From Macrostomum lignano (taxonomy: Eukaryota), in NCBI GenBank assembly GCA_002269645.1, contig NIVC01001273.1:1-55136 (forward strand): a stretch of DNA of 55,136 bases, in the 5' to 3' direction. Of this stretch, positions 1 to 30,098 are shown piece by piece (position 1 is the stretch's first letter; each line of letters opens with the position of its first letter). Position numbers and translations under genes: made by a program. The notes beneath the pieces are model-generated. The model saw only the letters and a list, made by a program, of their open reading frames with translations. It searched no databases and was not told the origin of the DNA.

Positions 1-1479
1 TGTTTGACGACTCCTAAAACAATTTGTAGTTATGGATTGTTCTGCATTAAAAATGTGAATAATGATTGTCAAATTGCTAAACAATGCATGAAAAGTCCAT
101 ATTCTATAGTAAAACCGCTGGAGAGACAGACGTTTACTCTCGTAATGGGAGAGTTTGAGTGACAGTATGTGTGGTGTGGTTTTACAGCAGCTGGTGTCTG
201 AGACCCTAACCCCAGGTTTTCGGGGTCTCGGAGACGGCCGCTAAATATACATAAGCGACTGCTGTAGTGACACATCTAGGTAATATAGAAGCTGTAGTTT
301 AAACTAATTTGTGGTCAAGCAGCATATTCATATTAATTTTTGGTGAGGATTCACTGTTGGCTTTGAACTGTAAAAAATCAATCTCTATATCAATTTTAGA
401 TGATACTGTGCGATTTAATTTAAAAAGGTTGTAATGAAGAATTTGGGAAAAATCAGCAGTCTTTGAAAATGTTCCCATGGTCTACCCGATTCCCATTTAC
501 GAGCCGTCGCTAATACCCCAGCTAATGATTGAGTTTAGCTGGGGGAACGATTTTGTCTCCAGCTTCCATTTATTGCCTTCATTAACAAGCTTCACTCCGG
601 GGTAATTCAGTGAAGCTGAGCATTCCGGCAGTAGATGACTGCTCTTCCCATCATTACTGTGAGCGTAATTTCACTTCCTGGGAAATTCTCTCTGAAAGTG
701 AAATCCACCGAAGCATGGATTTTGTCTATTAAGCTCTGAAGAAGGCTAAAAAACTATTAATTCAGAAGCTTGATGAAGCTTGAAAGAGTGACTCACTGGA
801 GTCAAATTTATATCCTGGATTGTTTTACTGAGTAATTAATCCTTATTTCAAAGAAAAGCTGCTGGGTCATTCAATTTCTTGAGTTGTTTAAAGCACTGTT
901 CCATCCTGAAAGTTCGTGACCTCACACAAATTACTTTCCAATTTTAATGAACTCTCAGTGTACTTTTAGTAAATTGATTTTTATTTTCATTTTTATATAA
1001 CCTAATGTTCGTTCTTTTCTAACAGCTATGAGTTAGTAAGTTGAAAAACTGATTGTGGAAGCTCTACTGGAGTACGTTAGGTAACCGTGGAAATGTAATT
1101 GCTTTCCAGGATCCTGTGTTTGCCAATACAATCAAAGCTTTAGACTGACTGCTGCTAAATTATAACAGCGGTTCTAATGCATTGAAGAAATTATGAAAGG
1201 TACCCATGTATTAGGATTATACAAATGTATTGACAATATTGCGCTCACATTATACATTTAGCTAAAGAAAACAGATAAAGTCTCAGGGGTACTTTTTGAG
1301 ACCGAAATCGTTATAAAGCCTCATGCCTAGTGCTTTGAAGAGTGTAATGAAATCTTTCCAATAGAATTTTTACAAACTAAAAATATTGTACATTTAGTGA
1401 TTGCAATTGTGCACATAAAAATGATGTGCGCAATCCCCCACAGCCACGAAAGCAGCCAAACCTCAAAACATCAGAAGCC

Positions 1480-2514
1480 TCAAAACACCCCAACCCCAAA
1501 ACACCCTAACCCCCAAAGCACCCCAACCCCAAAACACCCCAACCCCCAAAACACCCAATTCCCAAAAAAGACCCCAACCCCCAAAACACCCCAACCCCAA
1601 AACACCCCAACCCCTAAAACACCCCAATCCCAAACACCCAACCCCCAAAAGACCCCAACCCCAAAACACCCCAAACTCCAAAACACCCCTACCCCCAAAA
1701 CACCCCAAACTCCAAAACACCCCTACCCCCAAAACACCCCAACCCCCAAAACATCCTAACCCCCAAAACACCCCAACCCCCAAAACACCCCAACCCAAAA
1801 CACCCCAACCCCCAAAAGACCCCAACCCCCAAAACACCCCAACCCCCAAAACACCCCAATTCCCAAAAAAGACCCCAACCCCCAAAACACCCCAACCCCA
1901 AAACACCCCAACCCCTAAAACACCCCAACCCCAAAACACCCCAACCCCCAAAACACCCAACCCCAAAACACCCCAAACTCCAAAACACCCCTACCCCCAA
2001 AACACCCCAAACTCCAAAACACCCCTACCCCCAAAACACCCCAACCCCAAAACATCCTAACCCCAAAACACCCCAACCCCCAAAACACCCCAACCCCCAA
2101 AACACCCCAACCCCCAAAAGACCCCAACCCCAAAACACCCCAATTCCCAAAAAGACCCCAACCCCCAAAACACCCCAACCCCCAAAACACCCAACCCCTA
2201 AAACACCCCAACCCCAAAACACCCCAAACTCCAAAACACCCCAACCCCCAAAACACCCAACCCCAAAACACCCAACCCCAAAACACCACAACCCCCAAAA
2301 CACCCCAACCCCTAAAACACCCAACCCCAAAGCACCCCAACCCCCAAAACACCCCAACCTCCAAAACACCCCAACCCCTAAAACACCCCAATCCCCAAAC
2401 ACCCAACCCCCAAAACACCCCAACCCCCAAAACACCCCAACCCCTAAAACACCCCAATCCCCAAACACCCAACCCCCAAAAGACCCCAACCCCCAAAATA
2501 CCCCAACCTCCAAA
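1480..2514. repeat. C/A-rich minisatellite, 17-18 bp unit CCCCAAAACACCCCAAC(C), ~60 units
   Basis: Direct reading of the tandem repeat; explains the low-complexity ORFs at 1397-2532. Confidence 0.95.
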
Positions 2515-3317
2515 AGATGCGCCGACATCCAAAAAACCCCAGAATCATGTTAAAATATAAACTAAACAATACTACTGCAATACTAACAATGTGTATCAGG
2601 AAACTCAGATAATTAAGCGTGTTAATTAACAAACAGGAGCGAAGCAGATTTCTTTTGATTTCCTGTTCTATTATTCCTCTACTTTTCAAACATGGATCAG
2701 AGGAAGGATTTGGCCAAAGCTAATTAAGAAGTACAGGTATTCAAAGTCACACTTCCTTTGTCGAGCATCGTCAGTAAATGCTTTCGCGTAGTGCAGAGGT
2801 GAAAGAGGCTTAGAGAGCGACTTATTCGCATAATTAACTTGGCCAAGGGTAGTCCGAAGTGTTTAAAGTCTGTGAAAGAGAAATTTCCCTTTGGTAGTGA
2901 AAGGGGAGTCCCACTACCTCATTTCTCATTTCTTGTATCAACCGTTCCATTCAACCATTCTTGATTTCATTTGTCTGTGTCGAATATGAACCAATTGCAA
3001 GTAATGGCTTCATAGTAAATTCTTTTTACTCTCCCTAATATGCATATTTTTTAATTGCAGAAATATTTTTTCGTATTATGCATTTGGTATACATGTTTTA
3101 CGAGGTATTACAGCAATCAATTTAAACAATTTTTGCTCCATCAAATTAATTAAATTATCGCAGCTGGAAATGCTCTGGCGTCGCCAGGGACTCCCCATGC
3201 AGCTCCATTTTGTAGATGGAAAACATTTTTGAGCAGAAAATTATTGGAATCAGCTTTCGTCAAAATTAAATGATAGTAATATTTTTTATATCACTCGACG
3301 CATGCAAATCCCTACAG

Positions 3318-22097
<18,780 letters not shown>

Positions 22098-23139
22098 TTT
22101 TTTTAGCTCGTATTGAGGGAGCTAGCAACGACAGCTGCATGGTTGGTGCACAAATATATTCGATGAAAGCCGATAAATCCGGAAAGTCTGTTAAAGCTAA
22201 TTTTAAGCAAGTTTTCTCTGCGAGGAGGCTAATATTTTTATTGGATCATAGGCATCACGTTTTCGGGTTTCGAATTTTGCTCCATTATTAAATTTGTTTT
22301 TTTCGACCCATTACTCATGAATCAGTTTGCAAAGTTCTTTGCTGCTAGATTTAGTAGTGGAAGTGATTATTTTTTAAATAAATTACTTTAACGTAGCTAG
22401 CTAAAATTCGGCATAATATTGCTTATATTCAAAAACAAAGCATACAAAGTATTTTCCTTTGATTATTCTGGTTCCGGAATCACGTCATGAAAATCCTTTG
22501 TTGCAAACTGAACTGGTTATAATTGATTAAAGTATGTTTCAACATTTATTTTTACTGCTGAGGTGAGATTCTTTAAAAAATTATGAATAACTACTAAATT
22601 TAAGCAGTCGGGAACCTAGCTGCATAGCAATATTTTGTGTTTTGTTGTTTTGTTTCATGCAGTGCCAGTCCTACTGTAGTTGTTATCTTGCCTAATTAGC
22701 AAAAATCGTTGAGTAAGAAATCTCAGAACAGTAAATTCCGTCAATATTCGCCGAACATCTAATTTTCGGGCTAATTGTTCCGTTTTTTTCACTTATGCTA
22801 AATGCTTTCTGTTCAGTAAAAGTGTGCTTTTAGTGAAATTAACTTGCATATAAAAATAACATATTTGGTATTGTAATTTGCATGATGTCTTCTAATTGTG
22901 CAATAGCCCAGTGGAGCAATTCATATACGCCCCACTATACATTTTATCCTACGCCCCTTCGATGCGCGTCTAGCGCCCTGGCGCACAATTTGTCCAGTCA
23001 GGGCAACTACGTTTACCCTGCGCCCTTTCGACAGTCGAATAAATAATAACGGGATATCCTATTTATTCTACTTATAGTAGGAAGTAAGTAAATACCGGTA
23101 TATGTATTCACGGGCCATACTAATGGATCCCAGCCTGCA

Positions 23140-23213
23140 CCCTGCTGCTCCCCCGCCCTGCTGCTCCCCCGCCCTGCTGCTCCCCCGCCCTGCTGCTCCC
23201 CCGCCCTGCTGCT
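23140..23213. repeat. 16-bp tandem repeat CCCTGCTGCTCCCCCG, ~4.5 copies, in the left subterminal region of the large element
   Basis: Direct reading. Confidence 0.9.
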
Positions 23214-23675
23214 TCAAATGAATTTTTATTTTAATGTTAACTGCAGCCTACAATTTCCTAAGATTCAAAGATAGTCATTATTAGAAAATCAGGTATAATA
23301 TCAGAAATATAAAATGGACAATCGCTTTATTTTCCATACTGGAAACACTGCCACGATTCATGGTTAAGTAATACGTAAATTTGTATTCACCTAATTTGTA
23401 AACGGAATTGTAGTTTTGCGATTTAAATCTGATATCATTTTGATATCTTACAGTTACAGTTACATTTTCTAAAGTGACTGTTCATAATTAATAAAACTGA
23501 AAAGGGCTATGCTCCGTTAATAACATCAAGGAGCTAAGCTAAGAAGGTAGCGCATTTTAAAATGATTATTAAGATTAGCATCAGATTTTAATGTTGAATA
23601 ATGATATAAATAGAACACAGATGCCAAAAACGCATATTTAAATGTTACTATCTACCAATCCATATCAAAGCGAAG

Positions 23676-24204
23676 CAGGGGCGTAGCCAGGAATTTTGAT
23701 TGGGGGGGGCCGTGAGTTAGGGGGCGCCAGCTTCTTATAGGGGGCGCCAGTTTCTTTTAGGGGGGGAGCGCCAGTTTCTTATAGGGGGGGGCGCCAGTTT
23801 CTTTTAGGGGGGCGCCAGTTTCTTATAGGGGGGGCGCCAGTTTCTTATAGGGGGGCGCCAGTTTCTTTTAGGGGGGCGCCAGTTTCTTTTAGGGGGGCGC
23901 CAGTTTCTTTTAGGGGGGCGCCAGTTTCTTATAGGGGAGGCGCCAGTTTCTTTTAGGGGGGGGCGCCAGTTTCTTTTAGAGGGGGGCGCCAGTTTCTTTT
24001 AGAGGGGGAGCGCCAGTTTCTTTTAGAGGGGGGGGCGCCAGTTTCTTTTAGGGGGGGGTGCCAGTTTCTTTTAGAGGGGGGGGGGCGCCAGTTTCTTTTA
24101 GGGGGGGGGCGCCAGTTTCTTTTAGGGGGGGGGGGCGCCAAGGCCAGAGTTGGTGATTGGGGGGGGGCCACGGCCCCCTTGCCCCCCCTCTGACTACGCC
24201 CCTG
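23676..24204. mobile_element. hAT-type MITE with an internal G-rich minisatellite (GGGGGGCGCCAGTTTCTTTTAG)
   Basis: TIRs CAGGGGCGTAG...CTACGCCCCTG; perfect 8-bp TSD AAGCGAAG at 23668-23675 and 24205-24212. Confidence 0.92.
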
Positions 24205-24247
24205 AAGCGAAGTGAAATTAAGGACAAAACATTATCTAACCCTGCTT

Positions 24248-27214
24248 TCACAGTCGAAACAATTTCTGTCTATTTCCTCTTAATTCATCCATCAAATTTT
24301 CTGCATCACTGTCGCTAGAGCTAGTGCAATTCTGGTCATCGTCCGGGACATTGTCGGCCTGCTGGGAATAGGCGAAGCGTTCAATCGACTGACGCTGATT
24401 CTTCTGTGACCCATGCCCACCTGCACCACATGCTGAACGCTTTCTGCTGTCCACCGGTGCTGCAGTTGCGCTGGACGCCTGGTGAGCAGTGGCGTGGATC
24501 CGATGTCGAGTTGGGGTTGCTGGTGTAGTGGCTGTAGCAGATACGGGATGCGATGAAAATGCACCAGCAGCTGGTGTCATTACCGTTGAAGCTGGAGAGA
24601 CATATGCCGCTGCAGCCGCTGTAGATGTGCCCGCTGGGTCTCTGGCCAGGCTTGCTCGGTGACGCCGCTTTTTTAAACGGTCCGTACCGCGGTGCAACAG
24701 GTCTTTGCATATATCATGCACCTTAGCCGGTGTTGGCTTGGCTTCGTCCAAAGCATATAAGCTCGTGATGGCATCTGCGTGTGTTATAGTTTTATAGATA
24801 GATTTAGGAAAAATTCCAACTCTTAAGGTATTAGATAATATTACATTTCTACTAACAGTAGCTGATTTAGGAGTCAGTTCATGTTTAAGTTTATTTTTCA
24901 GATTTACGAAAATTTGCAGCATGAAAATTCTGCGAAGTTATTTAAGAATTATTTGAATGCCGCTTGAGTGGTCTCATAAAGCTCATGATATTGCATAATG
25001 AAATGATTCTCACCTTGAAAATAATTCAGGAGTATTACTTTAAAGCCCAGATGCTGATCAGTCAAAGCTGTGTTAGCTCCTGCCAGACGAGCTCGACTCT
25101 GCATATCTCTTCCGTTGAAGTTGACAGCTGCCTGTAGGTCGGGAGTCAAACAGGAGTCCATCATCGTCCGAACTGTCTCTGACACTGTCGACCGCTTAGC
25201 GAGAAGAAGCAGAGTTTTCTATAATGACAGAAACAACGGATATGGTTGACAAGTAATAGTTGAATCCGTGATTATCTGAGATTGTGTTGTCACTTGTCGT
25301 CAGGGAGAGTGCAAAGAGAATGAAACAGACGAGTCTAACATAGAGGGGTGCAGAAATTGAAAAAAATGAGACAAAAATACGATAATTTAGCTAAATTGAG
25401 GTTGAGATTAAAATGAGGTAATTAATACGCTCGTAGAGGGGTGATATAAATATTGAGGACTAAACTTGAGTCTAAGATTAAAATCTGCTTGAAATATCTG
25501 GCTCAAAACTTACCATTTCTGAAAGCATCTCTGTTGGCTGCAACTCAACGAACTCCACATACGCTTGCCAGCTACTGATGGGCCAGAACTGTGGTGAACG
25601 TGGAGCCGGTGCTGTCGACTGACGGTGCAGGTGCAGCTCTGCGCGAATTGACGCCAGTTCTTCTAGGCAGCGCTTTTGTTGGGCTTCCAATTTACTGTTT
25701 TTCACCATTTGTTCGCGGAGAAGTGACAGCTGCACGAAGAGGATTCCACGAATACTTTCTAAAGGAAAGTCGACCACCGACTGAATCTGCCGCTGAAGCA
25801 CGTGTACCGGACTTGGCCCGAAGCCAAATACTGAAGGCTTTGGGACAGCTGAGATGTCTGCGGCTGCTGCCTCTTCGACCCATGGAGCCATCACTGCAGC
25901 TTCAATTATTGTGATTGCTTCCTCATCCGCTTCCACTTCCGCTGCCGCTTTCGCTTCCGCTGCCGCTTTCGCTTCCGCTGCCGCTTTTGCTTCCGCTGCC
26001 GCTTTTGCTTCCGCTGCCGCTTTCGCTTCCGCTGCCGCTTTTGCTTCCGCTGCCGCTTTCGCTTCCGCTGCCGCTTTTGCTTCCGCTGCCGCTTTTGCTT
26101 CCGCTGCCGCTTTCGCTTCCGCTGCCGCTTTTGCTTCCGCTGCCGCTTTTGCTTCCGCTGCCGCTTTCGCTTCCGCTGCCGCTTTCGCTTCCGCTGCCGC
26201 TTTGCTTCCGCTGCCGCTTTCGCTTCCGCTGCCGCTTTCGCTTCCGCTGCCGCTTTGCTTCCGCTGCCGCTTTCGCTTCCGCTGCCGCTTTTGCTTCCGC
26301 TGCCGCTTTCGCTTCCGCTTGCACTGCAGCGCTTTCCAAAAGCTCCGTCTGATTTCCGCCTGATATCAAGTGTGCAGGCAGCGGGCACAGCGTCGCTAAT
26401 GTCTCAGGCAGTTGTTGATTTGGTAGCTGAAGTTGCGGGCGCCGCTTCTCAGTCGATCGGCCGTCCCAGAAGTGATCTGTGTCGGACGCAGAGCCACTGG
26501 ACAGGTTCTGTGAAAATATTTAATTTGGATTCTGGTCTAAGTACATTCAAAGTGTATAATCTTCTAGTCTAATTTGAATAAGCATAGTATTTCTCCTTCT
26601 TCTTCTCGAATTCATTTATCACTATTCACTGAGACATTCAGAAACACGAAGCTCACCCTTCCTTGATACAACCGACGGGCCTGGCGCTGATCGCTCTTGC
26701 AAAAAACTCGTGGAAGCACGAGAGCTAGAATATCCTTGAGCGTCTTTTTTTTCTTGATTAATTCTCGAGCAAATGCAAGGGCCGGTGAATCCAAAGAGTC
26801 GTCTAACACAACCTAAAATGAAATATAATTAGGTCTATAATGCGTGTATAAATGAGCTCAATTACTGAACTTCAGCGACAGCTAGTAGTTAATGTCTGTA
26901 CGCGCAGCAATTTGGTGAATTTTATTTTTTCAAATCGGCCCTAATCTCAATGGCAGTCGTAATTAAATCAATAATTCGTTGATAACTTAAGCTTGTAACT
27001 ATATAAAGTTATAAACAAAAAAGCTCACCTGGACAATAATTGCAGCAAAGTGCTGCCCTTCGTAGAGTGCCTTGCAGAACCATTTCTCAGTGCTATCTTT
27101 CAAAGCAAGCCACTCTGAGTCTGTCAAGTTTTCCAACTCTTCCGGGAGAATCAGATGCTCTTTGTTTGCCTCAACAACCTGTCTATCAGCTTTGAAAATT
27201 ACAATAAACTTCAT
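24248..27214 (-). CDS. Transposon accessory gene, DUF4806-like, 5 exons, ~690 aa, with an (EAKAAA)x21 repeat; two 1-bp deletions in the repeat shift the frame in this sequence
   Basis: Exons 27214-27029, 26812-26657, 26507-25514, 25218-25014 and 24774-24248, all GT-AG. Exon 3 is 994 nt and becomes 996 (phase 0-0) when the two short repeat units are restored. C-terminal LLLLAKRSTVSETVRTMMDSCLTPDLQAAVNFNGR...GFKVILLNYFQDAI...KVHDICKDLLHRGTDR resembles DUF4806. Confidence 0.75.
25941..26317. repeat. Coding 18-bp minisatellite (GCTGCCGCTTTYGCTTCC) x~21
   Basis: Encodes EAKAAA on the minus strand; 17-bp units at ~26201 and ~26254. Confidence 0.95.
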
Positions 27215-27565
27215 GATAACAAAAATAGTTTTTATATGCTATAGATGGATAGATATTTTATGAATTCGATGAGAATTCTTACATCTAGCTAATTTGATCT
27301 GATGCAAAGTGAAAAAAGCTCATTTGAGAAAATTTAAGCAAGGCTTCAGCTTCGAGAGGTTGGCACAGGGCGATCTCATTGGTTCCGAGCATTGATAAAC
27401 TCAGGAACCAATTTCTATTGGGTCTTACCAAATATCATGTATCTTCAACACATAATCGCATTCGACTTACCATAACCTATCTTAACCTTTCCTACCCATC
27501 TTTTTACCTGATTTACCTACATACAATTAATAATCTACTACAGGTAAAAGCATCTTTCAAACAAA

Positions 27566-29527
27566 ATGTCTTCCAAGAAAAATTTGCAACGACTTGCAAC
27601 AAAGCACTTGCTATCTTCATTTGTTGATAAAGAAAAGAGAGAGCAGGACAAGGTCACCACAGAGGCATCAAGCGGAGCGGAAGAACAACGGATGGACGTC
27701 GATGAAGGTGACCAGGAAGAGTTAAGTAATGTTGACTTTGATGAGATGGAGTGGAATCGTGATGCAGACGACATCTCCGAAGATGACACCGAAGAAGAGG
27801 AGAGAGAGGAAGATAATCGGCCTTTAGAAGTAAAGCTAGAAGCATTGCTTCTTCTATTTCTCTCAACGTACAATATTTCTCGCAGCGCCATGGCTTTCCT
27901 TCTCGCCGGACTTCGAGAAATCGGCATTCCTGCTCCAAAATCTGTTTTCCGACTGGAACGGCTTCTGAAGAAAGAATTTCCTGTAGGGGAATTACTGGCC
28001 ATGGGGGATGGACATTTTAAGTACATCTCAATACTCAATAATCTCCAACTATTAACTCGTCATGGGTTACTGCAACTTGCGCCTGAAAATCTGCAGAAAT
28101 CAAGTGGTTCAACAAAAGTGTACACATTTGAGGCCCACCTGAATAGTGACGGATGTCCTCTTTTCCGTGCGAGTCAATTTGGCTTGTGGCCATTATTAAT
28201 GACAATTCCAAAAGCATTCGCTAAGCCATTTCCGGTGGCAATTTGGGCTGGTATAGGCAAGCCACCATTAAAAGAATATTTGCAAGAATTCTGCGCGGAG
28301 GCGACGATGTTCTTATCTGAACCCGTTAAAATCTCCGATGAGATAAGCATCATGCTCTCCGCTATTTACTTTATATGCGACACCCCTGCGCGCAACTTCC
28401 TAATGTGCACATCCGGTCACACATCTTACGTTGGTTGTCAATACTGTAGAGCCGTGGGTTCACGTGACGACAACAGAGTTGTCTTTTCAACAACCATCGC
28501 CGAGAGTCGTTGTGGACAGATATATCGCGAAGGAGGTGAAAGCAATCAAGCTGAATCTAAAATATTGTCACCGCTGCTGCACTTGCCGAATATGGACTTC
28601 GCGAACTGGTTCCCACTCGATTTTCAGCATGCAATCTGTCTTGGAGCCGTGAGAAAAATTATGAACTTTTATTTTGGAAAAGGAGGCTGCAAACATTCTA
28701 GGAAAACAGTTAAACATCTGTCGGACTACATTGATGAAATTGCCTGCTGGACTCCAAGCAACTTTCAAAGAAGGCCACGGCGCATTGACAAGTGCTTGTC
28801 ATTTCTGAAGGCAACTGAATTCAGACAGTATGTTTTGTATCTGGGTCCTGTACTTTTTAAGAGATACATACCAGAAAAACTTTACAAAAACTTCTTACTT
28901 TTGCACTTTGCCGTGTTCTGCTACTCATCCGAGAAGTACTCTGAACTTTGGTCTCAAGCAAAAAGTTGTATCGAAGTCTTTGTAGAGCAATTGTCCAAAA
29001 TGTTTGGCAAAAAAGCTATCAGCTACAACATTCACGCTCTGCTTCATTTCGACTACTTTGTAAGGAAATTTGGTAATCTGAACAACTTTTCGACTTTTCC
29101 CTTTGAGAACTATCTTGGTTCCATAAAGAGGAAAATTAAAGTCACCAGGCATCCAGCTGCACATGCTGTTGTTCAAGCGCTCAAAGTTCGAAATTTGAAT
29201 TTGAAGGATCATTGTCTCCCGCCCTTAAAGTACAGCACAAAGAAGGGTGACAACTGCTGCTTCGTTGGTTCGCAGTGTGTGCTAATTCAACACGTGACTA
29301 TTAACGGCAAAGTGTCAGGTAGAATTCTGCGGCCTACTGAAAGCCTCTATACGTATCCATTCCCTTCGCTGCTTCTTGGAATTGGTGTATATCACCTGAC
29401 ATCCGAGATCACGACTGGACAACCAAGCCGCAAATGTTGGCTCCTACCCCATGCGACTTCGGCAGCAGCTGAGGGCGAGACAGTGGACTCATTCTATGTA
29501 ATTCCACTAGCAGGGCACGATGAATAG
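27566..29527 (+). CDS. CMC/EnSpm-like DDE transposase, 653 aa, intact and intronless
   Basis: Motifs NSDGCPLF...LWPLL, FICDTPARNFL, GHTSYVGCQYC, FPLDFQHAICLG, KATEFRQYVLYLGP, SYNIHALLH and STFPFENYLG, typical of metazoan EnSpm-like transposases; D/D/E candidates in SDG, CDTPA and FEN; acidic N-terminus. Confidence 0.9.
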   Translation: MSSKKNLQRLATKHLLSSFVDKEKREQDKVTTEASSGAEEQRMDVDEGDQEELSNVDFDEMEWNRDADDISEDDTEEEEREEDNRPLEVKLEALLLLFLSTYNISRSAMAFLLAGLREIGIPAPKSVFRLERLLKKEFPVGELLAMGDGHFKYISILNNLQLLTRHGLLQLAPENLQKSSGSTKVYTFEAHLNSDGCPLFRASQFGLWPLLMTIPKAFAKPFPVAIWAGIGKPPLKEYLQEFCAEATMFLSEPVKISDEISIMLSAIYFICDTPARNFLMCTSGHTSYVGCQYCRAVGSRDDNRVVFSTTIAESRCGQIYREGGESNQAESKILSPLLHLPNMDFANWFPLDFQHAICLGAVRKIMNFYFGKGGCKHSRKTVKHLSDYIDEIACWTPSNFQRRPRRIDKCLSFLKATEFRQYVLYLGPVLFKRYIPEKLYKNFLLLHFAVFCYSSEKYSELWSQAKSCIEVFVEQLSKMFGKKAISYNIHALLHFDYFVRKFGNLNNFSTFPFENYLGSIKRKIKVTRHPAAHAVVQALKVRNLNLKDHCLPPLKYSTKKGDNCCFVGSQCVLIQHVTINGKVSGRILRPTESLYTYPFPSLLLGIGVYHLTSEITTGQPSRKCWLLPHATSAAAEGETVDSFYVIPLAGHDE

Positions 29528-29985
29528 ATTTCTCAGGTAAATATAGTTCATTGGCCTTTCTACTTACTTGTGTCTGTGTTTTATCAATCAATTTAAATAA
29601 ACACCTGTCAGTAAATTAAAAAAGTTCTAAATTATTATTTAATTATTTAATTAGATTCAATTATCGACTTTCATTTCTAAAATAATTATGTTAACAGGAT
29701 CGATAGCGTCATCGACATCTTCCGATTCGTCCTGCGCTGTGTCCCAGAGAAGATGAAGTAAAGCTGTGATTCCATAAAGCAGCTAGAACAGCTGGAATTC
29801 CATAAAGACTGGAGAGGGCTGATAATAAGTAGAGCCATAAGTTTTCATGGAGTCTTGTGAAAGCCTTCACTTCCTATCCTATATACCAAAATGAGTCGTC
29901 TGTATGTACAGTATGTATGAATGTTATTTTTAAAACCCCATCTCGATCATTTGTAGAAGTCTGTGTCACTGTCAGTGTAACACAA

Positions 29986-30098
29986 ACACACACATATATA
30001 TATTATATATATATATATATGTGTGTGTGTATATATATGTACATATATATATATAAAACATATATATATGTGTGTGTGTGTTTGTGTGTATATATATA
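29986..30098. repeat. Compound (CA)/(TA)/(TG) microsatellite
   Basis: Direct reading. Confidence 0.9.

Noticed and set aside
1480-2514. True telomere or ciliate contamination
   Set aside because: The unit is a 17-18 bp composite, embedded in continuous intronic sequence of a metazoan gene.
1397-2532. Long Pro/Thr/Lys- or Gly/Trp/Val-rich ORFs; likewise ORFs over the GACA, GATA, CT and 11.3-11.8 kb repeats
   Set aside because: Artefacts of stop-free simple repeats inside introns.
3164-3215. Third S1-S2 exon candidate (WKCSGVARDSPCSSI)
   Set aside because: Weak donor, no sequon or terminal Trp, and the frame hits TAG immediately.
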